A DNA stretch of 64,000 nucleotides, from positions 6,285-70,284 of IMG/VR virus record IMGVR_UViG_3300033153_006331; one strand, written 5' to 3'. Source of the DNA: a virus. Below are positions 1 through 9,301 of the stretch, piece by piece. Position 1 is the first letter of the stretch. The number at the start of each line of letters is the position of its first letter. The notes beneath the pieces are model-generated. The model did no database searches, was not told the DNA's origin, and saw only the letters and a program-made list of their open reading frames with translations. The position numbers were made by a program, and so were the translations under genes.

Positions 1-1
1 G

Positions 2-241
2 GGCGTCCAGGATCGGCTTCTGGACGTTGTCGGCATCCCGCCGGCGATTGTCCGGCGGAATCAGCCGGAGAGAAACCCCCAATTCGCCTTCCAGCGGCTT
101 GATCTGACCCAAGTCGGCCATGACCGTCGCAATCACATTTTTCCGGAAGGCGCGGGCAGCGGGACTTCGCCGGGGCTTGCCCCGGTAGACCCGCCAGTAC
201 CGGTTGGCCGAGGGCGGCCATGGAATAGTGAGCGTAATCAT
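2..241 (-). CDS. rusA: RusA-family Holliday junction resolvase (runs off window edge)
   Basis: Hand translation MITLTIPWPPSANRYWRVYRG...IPPDNRRRDADNVQKPILDA has the RusA PPSxNxYWR and RDxDNxxKxxxDA motifs. Not in the ORF track because the stop lies outside the window. Confidence 0.85.
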   Translation of the reverse strand, partial: MITLTIPWPPSANRYWRVYRGKPRRSPAARAFRKNVIATVMADLGQIKPLEGELGVSLRLIPPDNRRRDADNVQKPILDA

Positions 242-244
242 GGT

Positions 245-290
245 CCCCAGTATACCAGACAAAGGGCCCCGGGGATGTGGTATACTGGGG
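245..290. promoter_or_regulatory. 13-bp inverted repeat forming two divergent extended -10 promoters (TGGTATACT on each strand)
   Basis: CCCCAGTATACCA (245-257) and TGGTATACTGGGG (278-290) lie between the divergent genes rusA and 326-1285. Confidence 0.65.
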
Positions 291-325
291 GCGTGGCACT
301 TTTTCAGCAATAATGACAGGAAGGA

Positions 326-1285
326 GTGGCAAAAATGGCTCAGACGGAATTGGTGCCTCTGACGGCAGGGGAAAAGCGGAGTTTGGCGGACTGTGAGGCA
401 ACGATCGAAAAGAACCTCGACAGTGTGTTCGAACTGGGGCAGGCGTTGGCCGAGATTCGCAAAGCCGAACTGTATCGGGCGGAATACAACAACTTCCCGA
501 CCTATTGCGACAAGCGATGGAGTTTTTCGGACCGCTGGGCCAGAAAGCTGATTGAAGCCGGGGAAGTCAAGGAGAGGATAGACCGAGCCACCCAAATAGA
601 GGGTGGAACAGTTGTTCCACCCCTAAAAAATGAATTCCAGGCTCGGGAACTCGGAAAGCACGCGCCAGAGTACCAGGCCGACATTTGGGCCACGGCTCAG
701 GGCCTCGCCAGCAATGGCAAGGCCCCCACTTCTGCTGACATTGCCAGGGCGGCCGAGCAGGTACTCAAAGACGACTCCGACGACGATAACGTGATCGACG
801 CCGATTCCGAGGAGGTCATGCTCACCAATGGGCTCGGCGAAGAGTGCCAGCCCTGGGAGGCTGACTTCTTCCTGATCGATGATGACCGCAAGGAGGTTGT
901 CCGGCTGCTGTCGAACGCCTGTAAGCTATTGGACAAGCTGGCGGAAGAGCCTGGCATGGAGGCGACCAACGTGCCGGCGCTGAAAACGGTTCTCAAAGGA
1001 TTCGTTCTGCCTCACATCCGGCAATCGGCCCCACACGCCGGATGCACGGAATGTGAAGGTGATGGCTGTGCGAGGTGTTACAATTACGGTTTCCAGATGC
1101 GGGCCGCGTTCACGAAGACGGCGGACGAACCGCCGAGCGATGCCCAGTTGAAGTTTCTGCGGTCGTTCGAGAAGGCGCCCGCCGACATGCCCCGGCACGA
1201 AGTCCAGCGGCGGCTAAATGCCCATATCGCCTACAAGCGGCTGACGAAGCCGACGAAGGCCATGCTGAAAGACTCAGACAATTGA
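326..1285 (+). CDS. Phage protein with N-terminal helical DNA-binding-like domain and CxxCxGxGCxxC zinc motif
   Basis: 319 aa ORF with AGGAAGGAG RBS. N-term ELGQALAEIR...LYR...F..YC..RW resembles a common phage domain; CTECEGDGCARC. Confidence 0.5.
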   Translation: MAKMAQTELVPLTAGEKRSLADCEATIEKNLDSVFELGQALAEIRKAELYRAEYNNFPTYCDKRWSFSDRWARKLIEAGEVKERIDRATQIEGGTVVPPLKNEFQARELGKHAPEYQADIWATAQGLASNGKAPTSADIARAAEQVLKDDSDDDNVIDADSEEVMLTNGLGEECQPWEADFFLIDDDRKEVVRLLSNACKLLDKLAEEPGMEATNVPALKTVLKGFVLPHIRQSAPHAGCTECEGDGCARCYNYGFQMRAAFTKTADEPPSDAQLKFLRSFEKAPADMPRHEVQRRLNAHIAYKRLTKPTKAMLKDSDN

Positions 1286-1522
1286 GTATCTGCGGCAACA
1301 CAGAATCAATCGCCCCACCGGAACCATGCGGAACCTGCGGCAGCCTTGAATTTCGCTGGTCCTGCACTGAGGTACGTCGCTGCATGAAATGCGAGCCACC
1401 GTACAAGACGTTGGATTGGCTCAAAGCCAGGTTGACAATCAAATCGAATCGGACAGTCCGGGCATGGTATAATGAACTGCTCAAAGTATCCGGGCTGAAG
1501 TATAACCCCCAAACGCAGAGGC

Positions 1523-1807
1523 ATGAAAGATGAAAAGATGAGGACTATAAGCCACGAGTCCGAGCGCGATGGCCAGGAAATTCTAGTCCTGGCGGAAGCG
1601 GAAGAAATAGAGGCGCTACGAAAGGCATCGGCTGTAGCGAGTGATTACGAGGCGCATCAGCCAGATGAAGAATCGGCCCACGTTGGAACTGAAGTCCATG
1701 GAGCCATCGAAGAACTTGTTAGGATGATGCTTCTCGACATCAAGACACAAGCGGCTGTAGAGCCGATCATATCGAAACCGATTGACCCCCAAAACGCAGA
1801 GGCATGA
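1523..1807 (+). CDS. Hypothetical protein
   Basis: 94 aa ORF flanked by a 26-bp direct repeat. Confidence 0.5.
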   Translation: MKDEKMRTISHESERDGQEILVLAEAEEIEALRKASAVASDYEAHQPDEESAHVGTEVHGAIEELVRMMLLDIKTQAAVEPIISKPIDPQNAEA

Positions 1808-1810
1808 AAG

Positions 1811-2050
1811 ATGAAAACGAAGACGACGAACGGCAAGACGGTGGTGATTGCCACCGAACAGGACTTCCGCTCAATTGACCGGGCGATTGACGTGCTGTGC
1901 GAATATGTCGCCAGAGAGCCAAGCAACGAAATGAGGGAAGTCGCCGAAGCGGCGCGCGATGGCCTTCGCGATGTCGCGTCATCATTGCTCGCTGCTCCGC
2001 AAAAGAAGCCGGCTGCACCCGCCCCAGACAACTCTCCCGCTGAGTGTTGA
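1811..2050 (+). CDS. Hypothetical protein
   Basis: 79 aa ORF in operon context. Confidence 0.5.
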   Translation: MKTKTTNGKTVVIATEQDFRSIDRAIDVLCEYVAREPSNEMREVAEAARDGLRDVASSLLAAPQKKPAAPAPDNSPAEC

Positions 2051-2057
2051 CCCCCCG

Positions 2058-2121
2058 GACCTGCCCGGTCGTTAAGGTCCATTCCGTCCGGTAGTTCCTG
2101 GCGGCGGCCGGGCGGTCTTTT
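2058..2121 (+). terminator. Long GC-rich stem-loop followed by a T-run (terminator or processing signal)
   Basis: GACCTGCCCGGTCGTT pairs imperfectly with GGCGGCCGGGCGGTC, followed by TTTT; large loop. Confidence 0.4.
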
Positions 2122-2138
2122 CCCTGGAAAGGATAGTA

Positions 2139-3098
2139 ATGGCCACGCCCAGTCCAGGAATCTATGACGCCATCCCGTTCGACGAATATGCGGGATGGGA
2201 TTGCCTCAACGGATCAACGCTGACCAAAGGGCTACAACGCGGGCATTGCGTCTCGGCCAGGCACCTCCACGGCTACCTCGTAGGCGAACTGGAAGACCCG
2301 GAATCGAAAGACCGAGCGTTCGGCAGGGCGATGCACACGCGACTGCTGGAGCCAGACAAGTTCGAGGGTCGGCACCCGATAGCGGGACAATGCCAAGCCG
2401 TGCTGAAGAGCGGCAAGAATGCCGGCAAGCAGTGCCAGTATCAGGGAGCCGTTAGGTCAATTGCCGACAAGCAATGGTTTTGCGGGGCCCACGATACTGG
2501 GGCGAATGAAATCCCCGACGGCACAATCACCAGCAACCAAGCCGCACGGATTGAACACTTGGCCCGGGAGATCGTCAATCATCCCGCGGTCAAACTGTTC
2601 CGTTCCCAGGGCGGCGTCGAGAAGTCTTTCGTCTGGGATCAGCCCGTCACGTTCTGGCTGGACGGGAAAGAGCACGAGACTCTCGTGCGGATGAAAGGTC
2701 GGGTCGACAAAGATATTGACAAGCCGCGCGGCAAAGTTCCGCCGATGATTGTGGATGTCAAAAAGGTGCAGCGGGGCTGCCATACCGACGAGGCTTTTGG
2801 CCGCGAGATCGACAAATGGCACTACGCTCCCAAGGCCGCCTTATACGTTGACGGCCTTGAACTTCTGGACGGAGTGCGCCGCGAGTTCGTTTGGTGCGTG
2901 GTCGAGGATTCGTTCCCATTCGACGTGAATTGCATTCAGGCGGACGAAGAGACGCTGGAGATCGGCCGCTTCCAGTACAATGAGCTATTGTCGTTGTACG
3001 CAAGGTGCCAGCACACGGGCTACTGGCCGGGCGTGTCCGGCAAGGTTCACCGGGGCGGGCTCCCGGAGTACGTCAAACGCATTTACCGAAAGGACTGA
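2139..3098 (+). CDS. RecE/exonuclease VIII-like PD-(D/E)xK nuclease with a Cys/His insert
   Basis: PGIYDAIPFDEY, FGRAMHTRLLEP, KGRVD...IVDVKK, Y..KAALYVDG, C...GYWPG; immediately upstream of RecT. Confidence 0.85.
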   Translation: MATPSPGIYDAIPFDEYAGWDCLNGSTLTKGLQRGHCVSARHLHGYLVGELEDPESKDRAFGRAMHTRLLEPDKFEGRHPIAGQCQAVLKSGKNAGKQCQYQGAVRSIADKQWFCGAHDTGANEIPDGTITSNQAARIEHLAREIVNHPAVKLFRSQGGVEKSFVWDQPVTFWLDGKEHETLVRMKGRVDKDIDKPRGKVPPMIVDVKKVQRGCHTDEAFGREIDKWHYAPKAALYVDGLELLDGVRREFVWCVVEDSFPFDVNCIQADEETLEIGRFQYNELLSLYARCQHTGYWPGVSGKVHRGGLPEYVKRIYRKD

Positions 3099-3101
3099 CT
3101 C

Positions 3102-3881
3102 ATGGCTAACGGACTCACGCTCCCGCCCGCCCGAAACGCCTACGGCGAGCAGATGCGCAAGTCGATCAAAACGATCGTCTCGATGCTGGCCCCCGGGGTC
3201 GTCACGGCCCAACAGTTCGCGTCATGTGCGGTGGTGGCCGCCAACGAGTTGAAGGAGGGGGATTGCGAGCCACGGTCCGTACTGCTGGCCGCCGCACACG
3301 CCGCTCAGATGGGATTGATTCCGGGGAAGGCACAGCGGCTCGCCTATTTCATCCCGCGAAAGCTCAAAGGCCGAAAGCTTTGCCAACTCACGGTGTCCTA
3401 CCAAGGTTACATCACGCTGGCTACCCGCAATTCATTCCTGAAATGGGTGTGCGCCGACCTGGTGTTACAAGGCGAAGAATTCTTCGTCGGGGTCAAGGAA
3501 TCGCGGCCGGTCATCGAACATAACGTGCCGCCAAACAGGTCTCTCAAGGCAGGCGAGGTCCGGGAACGTTTGGTCGGAGCCTATTGCTTGTACGAGACGG
3601 TCAGTGGCGGGCTGGCCCACACCTATATGAGCCGGCAGGAAATCGACGCTATCGCGGCCAAGGGCAGCCCACTCTGGAAGGACGACAACTATCCGGCAAT
3701 GTGCCGAAAGACACCGATCAGGCGTGCCGCGAACTTTTGGAATCTCTCGCCCGAAATGACCTTGGCGGTCAGGCTGGACGATCAACTAGAATTGGGCGAA
3801 CCGCAAGAATCTGGTACAATCATTGACGTCGAATCTGGACCGTCCGACGTGAACCTGGACGATTTGGAGGACGACAACTAG
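3102..3881 (+). CDS. recT: RecT-family single-strand annealing recombinase
   Basis: GLIPG...AYFIP...CQLTVSYQGYITLA, SPLWKDDNYPAMCRKTPIRR, acidic C-tail. Confidence 0.85.
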   Translation: MANGLTLPPARNAYGEQMRKSIKTIVSMLAPGVVTAQQFASCAVVAANELKEGDCEPRSVLLAAAHAAQMGLIPGKAQRLAYFIPRKLKGRKLCQLTVSYQGYITLATRNSFLKWVCADLVLQGEEFFVGVKESRPVIEHNVPPNRSLKAGEVRERLVGAYCLYETVSGGLAHTYMSRQEIDAIAAKGSPLWKDDNYPAMCRKTPIRRAANFWNLSPEMTLAVRLDDQLELGEPQESGTIIDVESGPSDVNLDDLEDDN

Positions 3882-4012
3882 CACGGCGGCGGCGTGGAGC
3901 GGCAAGCAGACGTACGATGCTTGTCCAGTGCAGCACCCTGCGTGCGATGAGGGTATGTCCATGGGCACCCTCTACATCCAGGGCACGTCGGTAAAACTCC
4001 GGCCCGCCGTGC
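3881..4012 (+). ncRNA. Putative tRNA-like structured RNA element, copy A
   Basis: 5' GCACGGCGG pairs with 3' CCGCCGTGC; GTCGG-TAAAACT-CCGGC T-arm-like hairpin; three related copies elsewhere. Confidence 0.5.
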
Positions 4013-4031
4013 GTTTTCCCGAAAGGACAAT

Positions 4032-4235
4032 TTGGTGATTAAGTCTTGCTTCTGTGAATCGGACCGAACTGGAAATCCAAAGGCAGCCGAATACCAAAAC
4101 GCAAAATACGGGGCCAGACGGAGAGTACACAACAAAGCCGTAGGGCCAAGTAATACGATTAAGTGGCGGTGTACTGTGTGTGGCCGCGAAACGCTGAAAC
4201 AGGACTCGCCGGCGGAGTCGGCGGAAAGGTCGTAA
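4032..4235 (+). CDS. Small zinc-binding phage protein
   Basis: CxC...QNAKYGARRRVHN...WRCTVCG; GAAAGGA RBS. Confidence 0.6.
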   Translation: MVIKSCFCESDRTGNPKAAEYQNAKYGARRRVHNKAVGPSNTIKWRCTVCGRETLKQDSPAESAERS

Positions 4236-4993
4236 TGGACGTAACAATCTGCGTCGTTCTCGACAGCCGAACGGCCGAACAATTCAGGGGCGTTTGGCCG
4301 ACTTGGGTAAAGTGCAAGCCCTGGCTGCGAGACTATCCCTGGCTGATTGTCTGTGACGCTGCGTCGCTGGCGACCAGCCCGCTCCCATGGTTCAACGCCC
4401 GGCATAGCGAAATCGTCCCCTGGCATTTCCGCGAAGACCTCGACCAGCGGGAGCGGATGCTGACTGCCTGGGCTAAGGAAATACCCCGGCATATCGGAAC
4501 GCGATATTTCGCCAAGATCGACACGGACGTTGTGGCAACCAGTAGTGCCCCGTGGCCGTTGCCCGACTGGTTCGAGGATGGGCCCGCAATCATCGCACCA
4601 CCGTGGAGCTACACGAAGCCGAAGCCGCGACGCGAAGATTGGGGGCTCATGCTCGACAATTGGGCCGAGACTGTTGAAGCGTTGGCGGACCGGCCGGCTC
4701 TTGATTTGCCGCGACTCCAGACGGCCGAGAGCAAGATTCGTCACCCGAGGGTCTGCGGATGGTGCCAGATAATCAGCACCAATTTCGCTTACCGCGTCTC
4801 GCAATGGTTCGAGGGCCGGATGCCCGTCCCGTCGCAGGACACGTTCCATTGGTATTGTGCGGCCCGTCTCGGCGAGCCAATTCATCGAGTCCGGATGAAT
4901 CGGCATGGCTGGAAGACGATCAACCGGGACCGAGCCCGGAAGGTTGAGATTGACAGGATTCTCGGAACTGACAATCAGGGTTGCTGCGGATGA
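4235..4993 (+). CDS. Putative GT-A fold glycosyltransferase
   Basis: YFAKIDTDVV (DxD) and PSQDTFHWY; ATG overlaps the upstream stop. Confidence 0.6.
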   Translation: MDVTICVVLDSRTAEQFRGVWPTWVKCKPWLRDYPWLIVCDAASLATSPLPWFNARHSEIVPWHFREDLDQRERMLTAWAKEIPRHIGTRYFAKIDTDVVATSSAPWPLPDWFEDGPAIIAPPWSYTKPKPRREDWGLMLDNWAETVEALADRPALDLPRLQTAESKIRHPRVCGWCQIISTNFAYRVSQWFEGRMPVPSQDTFHWYCAARLGEPIHRVRMNRHGWKTINRDRARKVEIDRILGTDNQGCCG

Positions 4994-5760
4994 AATACGA
5001 CTTCCTATTCCAACACATCCCGCGTACGGGCGGAACTTCACTCTGCACTCTACTCGAAGAAGAATCAAGGAAGCACGGTGCGTTTGCACTATGCCATTGC
5101 AACCGCAGATACCAAACGCCAAAAGCAGCCCGCTACAGTCGGCCGAGACTTGCATATATCGGGCACATGAGCTTGCCGTACGTGTTGTCCGATCCGCTTG
5201 GCAGAAAGCTCATTGTGCGGGAGCAGGTAGAGGGATGCACGGCTTTCCTCTTCATCCGCAATCCCTGGGATCGGCTGGTGAGCGTCTACGGAATGCTAAC
5301 TACCGTCGTGAGGCGACGAAACCTAGACGCATCGATTATCAGTGCCCTAAGAACATTCGAGGACTTTGCGTACTACGTGTGCAGTGGAGAAGCAGAACGG
5401 GACGAGTCCGCCACGCAATTCGGCACGTTCCTTGGCCGCTTCGGGGCATGGATGGCACTTCCTCAATCGAGGTGGTACGATTCGCTTCGTGATGCAGATG
5501 TACTCCGGGAGATATGGGTGGGGCGATTCGAGTCGCTTCACGATGAGATAGACCTGATGCTACGCTCGCTTGGCATAGCCCCTCTCTCGCACAAACTAGC
5601 TCGGCTTGCAACAAATAAAGAAGAGGGAGAGCTGACTCGACCCTACCAAGAACACTACACACCAGCACTAAGGGACACCGTGGGCGAATTCTACGCCGAA
5701 GATGTTAGGCGGTTCGATTACACTTTTGAGGGGCAGCAATGTCAGCCAAACCATGGCTAG
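4990..5760 (+). CDS. Sulfotransferase family 2 (PAPS-dependent)
   Basis: 5'-PSB-like FQHIPRTGGTSL, 3'-PB-like FIRNPWDRLVSVY, VGRFESL, FYAEDVRRFDY. Confidence 0.85.
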   Translation: MKYDFLFQHIPRTGGTSLCTLLEEESRKHGAFALCHCNRRYQTPKAARYSRPRLAYIGHMSLPYVLSDPLGRKLIVREQVEGCTAFLFIRNPWDRLVSVYGMLTTVVRRRNLDASIISALRTFEDFAYYVCSGEAERDESATQFGTFLGRFGAWMALPQSRWYDSLRDADVLREIWVGRFESLHDEIDLMLRSLGIAPLSHKLARLATNKEEGELTRPYQEHYTPALRDTVGEFYAEDVRRFDYTFEGQQCQPNHG

Positions 5761-6479
5761 ATGTCGGCACGATGGCCATTGCGAGGGAAACTCTTGGCCG
5801 GTGCATTCGTTCCTTTCTGGATCACCTGTCAGACCGCAACGACTACCGGCTCCGCTGGATTTGCCACCTTGACCAAAACGGCACGGGCGGCATGGAAGAT
5901 CGATGGGTAAGCCAACTGAACGAAATCGTTGAGGCATCTTCGCTCTTTGATGACTTCGTGTTGATTGCAAATCAAACCCACGTCGGCTATGGAGGCAGTT
6001 TCTTTCGCATCCTGAGAGAGGTGCGCAATGGGCTGCTTTACACGGACGATGACCAACTCTTCGACCGTGATATTCGGGTTACGGATGCCATTGCCAGCGG
6101 ATTCGATCATTACAACTGGCACAACGGCGAGATAGCGGGGACCGTGCCATCCTACTGGACGCGCAACCTTGTCCAGTACATGCTCGATCATTACCCGAGA
6201 AACCACAAGCGGATTACTGAGGTAGTCCTGTTCCTGACTGCGAAACGGGGCGTTGACGCGGGGGAGTTGACCCGATGTTACGATCCCGCCTTGGGGGTCA
6301 CCCGGGGCCAGTGGCCATCTGCAAACATTGGACGCACGAGTGCAGCATATCGACCCGGCACGGCCAAATACGGTCCCAACCGCAGCTACGTCGGCCCGGA
6401 TGGCCAGCCTCACAGATTCCCGCGAGGAGTCGATATACTGGAATTCGCCAACACTCCAGACGAAGAGGAGCCCCGATGA
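5739..6479 (+). CDS. Putative glycosyltransferase-like protein (paralog of the 8045-9301 N-terminal domain)
   Basis: LLYTDDDQ acidic motif; RLRWICHLDQ and HVGYGG shared with the paralog. Confidence 0.5.
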   Translation: MSAKPWLDVGTMAIARETLGRCIRSFLDHLSDRNDYRLRWICHLDQNGTGGMEDRWVSQLNEIVEASSLFDDFVLIANQTHVGYGGSFFRILREVRNGLLYTDDDQLFDRDIRVTDAIASGFDHYNWHNGEIAGTVPSYWTRNLVQYMLDHYPRNHKRITEVVLFLTAKRGVDAGELTRCYDPALGVTRGQWPSANIGRTSAAYRPGTAKYGPNRSYVGPDGQPHRFPRGVDILEFANTPDEEEPR

Positions 6480-7255
6480 GCGGTGTATTCGTCCGTGGTT
6501 TGTGGGGCGAGTCCCCCGAAGATTCCGAATGGCCCACTGCTGGACACGATTCGGCATTGGTCGAGGCCAAGCGTGCCCTGACGGCGGACTTCCAGCCATC
6601 GCCCGTTCTCGTCTACGCATGGGGCCAGCGAAACTTTGATTGCCTTCGGTCCTTTGGATACGATCCGATACTCGTTTCGGCGGACGCGATTGTCAACTAC
6701 TCGACGGACGGGCAGGAGAGGAATTCTCGCAGTCGCTTCCAGGTCAACTGGGGCGTTTCTCATTGGAGGCAGAAACTCCAATGTATTCGGATGGCCCTGG
6801 AATCTCACGATGTTGGCCGAGCTGCGATTTGGATGGATTGGGACGTCTGGCAGGTCGCCGAGTTGCCGGCAGATTTCTGGGGCCGGCTAGAAAAGGGCCA
6901 GGACTTTCAGGCATCGCTCAGAATCTACGTCCGGAAGCAATGCGGCTGGCGGCGGGGCGACTGGGCGGGTATGCGCCGCGTCCCACACGGGGCGTGGACT
7001 TACTGCCGCAGTTTGGAGACGGTCAATCGTGCAATTGAGGTTCACGCGGAACACGTTCCCACGTTTACCGACGAAGTCGCCTGGGCTAAGTTGCTCGACA
7101 TCCGGCACGATAGGTGGATAGGCGACGACAAATACAAATCAATGGGATATGAGCCTTACTGTTACAATCAGGGCATGGGACGCCGGGCGATTGGTCGCAC
7201 AGTCCATCCCTGCGATCCGAGCACCAAACTATTCCAGAACATGGGAAGATACTGA
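6476..7255 (+). CDS. Putative nucleotide-sugar transferase (GT-A-like)
   Basis: WRQKLQCIRMAL...AIWMDWDV (DxD), TDEVAW. Confidence 0.55.
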   Translation: MSGVFVRGLWGESPEDSEWPTAGHDSALVEAKRALTADFQPSPVLVYAWGQRNFDCLRSFGYDPILVSADAIVNYSTDGQERNSRSRFQVNWGVSHWRQKLQCIRMALESHDVGRAAIWMDWDVWQVAELPADFWGRLEKGQDFQASLRIYVRKQCGWRRGDWAGMRRVPHGAWTYCRSLETVNRAIEVHAEHVPTFTDEVAWAKLLDIRHDRWIGDDKYKSMGYEPYCYNQGMGRRAIGRTVHPCDPSTKLFQNMGRY

Positions 7256-7923
7256 TGATTCTTTCGGAATCACCTCGGAGCAATCGGCATCTAATCAATT
7301 CGCTGCTGCTGGCACCTGATCCCTATGGAATCCGCTCGTGCAAGCCGCCGGACACAATAATCGATCTGGGGGCAAACTGTGGCCTGTTCAGCGTGTTGGC
7401 CAGATTCCTTTACCCAGAGGCCAGGATAATCGCGGTCGAGCCGGATGAGAAAGCATTTGCGGCGTGCGTCATAAACGCTCGCAGCATCCTGATCGAAACA
7501 TACCGAATCGCCATTGGCAGTTCAGGTTTCGCTGGCCTGTCCGGGGCCCCCTGTGGCCACGTATCCAGCCAATTCCGTTCAACGGGGGGCAACGACATTC
7601 TCAATGACGTGCCGTCCTGTTCGCTTGCCGAACTGTGGGGAGCGGTAAAGCCGCAGGGACGGATATTCCTGAAGTGCGATATCGAGGGAGCTGAGTGGCA
7701 GTTCGTGGACGATGCAGAAACGGAAGCGTGCCTGCGGGAGTGCCAGAACGTATCGGCAGAGCTGCATGTGGGCAAGAGCTTTGAGCATGGCGGCGAGATG
7801 GTGGCGGAGCAGGAGTCTTATGCCCGTTGGGCCATCGACAGGTTCTCTGCAACGCACGTCGTACATCCTGTCAAATATCGACGGGGCAGGTTCGGCGAGT
7901 TGCGGATGGTCAAGAAGGAGTAA
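7255..7923 (+). CDS. FkbM-family methyltransferase
   Basis: IIDLGANCGLFS, IIAVEP, FLKCDIEGAEW. Confidence 0.9.
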   Translation: MILSESPRSNRHLINSLLLAPDPYGIRSCKPPDTIIDLGANCGLFSVLARFLYPEARIIAVEPDEKAFAACVINARSILIETYRIAIGSSGFAGLSGAPCGHVSSQFRSTGGNDILNDVPSCSLAELWGAVKPQGRIFLKCDIEGAEWQFVDDAETEACLRECQNVSAELHVGKSFEHGGEMVAEQESYARWAIDRFSATHVVHPVKYRRGRFGELRMVKKE

Positions 7924-8044
7924 CGATGGGCAAGCGACGAAAGAACTGGCTGAGGCGAAAGCCGCAGATGTGGGAACGCTACATCTTGCCCGAATTCCGG
8001 GAACCAGGCTAATTTGGGATCAGGAAGCTGGGATCGTGACAATC

Positions 8045-9301
8045 ATGGACGACAGACCTTGGCTTGACATTGGAACGCTCGCCATTGCACGAATGAGCAT
8101 AGGAGATTGCATTCCAGCGTTTTTGCATCACATGGAGGACCGAGAAGAACTGCGCCTACGTTGGATCTGCCACCTCGATCAATATGGGGCGGGCGGCCTC
8201 GAAACACTCTGGAAGGAGCAAGCCGCTGAAATACTGAAGATATCCGATATGTTTGACGATTTTCTGTTGATTGCAACCAGGTCGCACGTCGGCTACGGGG
8301 GCGGCTTGCTGAGAATCTTGCGAGAGGTTCACCACGGAATGATATACCTAGATGATGACCAGTTTTTCGTGAGCAGCTTTCGCGCGTCAGATGCAATCAA
8401 CAGCGGTTGCGACTACTATAGCTGGAGCAACTGCCCGCCAGGCGCAACGCTTCCGTCCTATTGGTCCCTGGACTTTGTCGCTTTTATGGCAAAGCATTTC
8501 CCGCAGCCCGCCAGGGAAACCACGGAACGCCACCTTATGTACATTGCACAGCAAGGGGGCGCCACATCCAATCGCAATCCAGAACTGAATAGACATAACG
8601 CCAGGAGATTGCACAAAGGCAAGTCGATCGACCTCGGTGTAGAATACACCCAGCGACGCGGCGCTCCCAAATACAGCCCCAACAGCGTGAGCCAGAATGA
8701 AGCCGGCGATCTCCAGTCGGTCCGTCGCTCGCGGCCGTGGGAGAACATCAAGCCGAGCCTGGAATGGGTCAATGCCGTATCCCGCCTGCTGCAACGATAT
8801 CGACCGGTCCGATTCCTGGAACTATGTGTCGGAGACGGAGAAACCGCACGGCAGTTATACTTCCACGCACGCGAATCCAACGATGACCACTACGTCGGAA
8901 TTGGGACGTGGAATGGTCTAAATGCGGACGAATACGAATCTAGGGCGAAGGCCAAAATCTACCAGTCATGGGGCCGTCGGCACGGAATAGTCGTACTCGG
9001 AAACTGCCGGAAGGTCCTGTCAGAATTGCAGCACCGCCCCAGAAAAAGGCTTGCCGCATTTGACTTAATTATCGTCAACGGGCCCTATGGCACGCGCGAA
9101 ATCTTGTCCCACTCGGCGATGGCTTGGCCCCTACTGAGGGAATATGGAATTATGATTTGGCCGAATACTCCTCGGGACCAGTTGTTCCCATTCACCGAAT
9201 ACGTCGCGGGCAGACACAACGAAGCGATTCGTGCAATCGGGCAATACGCCGTGAGGCGAACGGCCCCAGCGAGTAGCCCAACAGCCAGGAGAAGGCGATA
9301 A
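8045..9301 (+). CDS. Fusion of a glycosyltransferase-like domain and a class I SAM methyltransferase-like domain
   Basis: N-term paralogous to 5739-6479 (IYLDDDQ); C-term RFLELCVGDGET...FDLIIVNG...AWPLLREYG. Start placed by paralog alignment. Confidence 0.55.
   Translation: MDDRPWLDIGTLAIARMSIGDCIPAFLHHMEDREELRLRWICHLDQYGAGGLETLWKEQAAEILKISDMFDDFLLIATRSHVGYGGGLLRILREVHHGMIYLDDDQFFVSSFRASDAINSGCDYYSWSNCPPGATLPSYWSLDFVAFMAKHFPQPARETTERHLMYIAQQGGATSNRNPELNRHNARRLHKGKSIDLGVEYTQRRGAPKYSPNSVSQNEAGDLQSVRRSRPWENIKPSLEWVNAVSRLLQRYRPVRFLELCVGDGETARQLYFHARESNDDHYVGIGTWNGLNADEYESRAKAKIYQSWGRRHGIVVLGNCRKVLSELQHRPRKRLAAFDLIIVNGPYGTREILSHSAMAWPLLREYGIMIWPNTPRDQLFPFTEYVAGRHNEAIRAIGQYAVRRTAPASSPTARRRR

Noticed and set aside
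240-248. Contiguous match of the array 1 NN string (ggggaccat) to the rusA start region
   Set aside because: Only 9 nt, which can arise by chance in 128 kb of two-strand sequence, and it does not extend.
1432-1473. TTGACA...TATAAT sigma70 promoter
   Set aside because: Spacing is 30 nt, not about 17. Only the extended -10 (TGGTATAAT) might function.
3878-5155. Long antisense ORFs (also 16996-17994, 25476-26732, 29608-30945, 42877-43905, 60955-62163)
   Set aside because: They overlap well-supported genes on the opposite strand and have no recognisable motifs; typical of GC-rich DNA.
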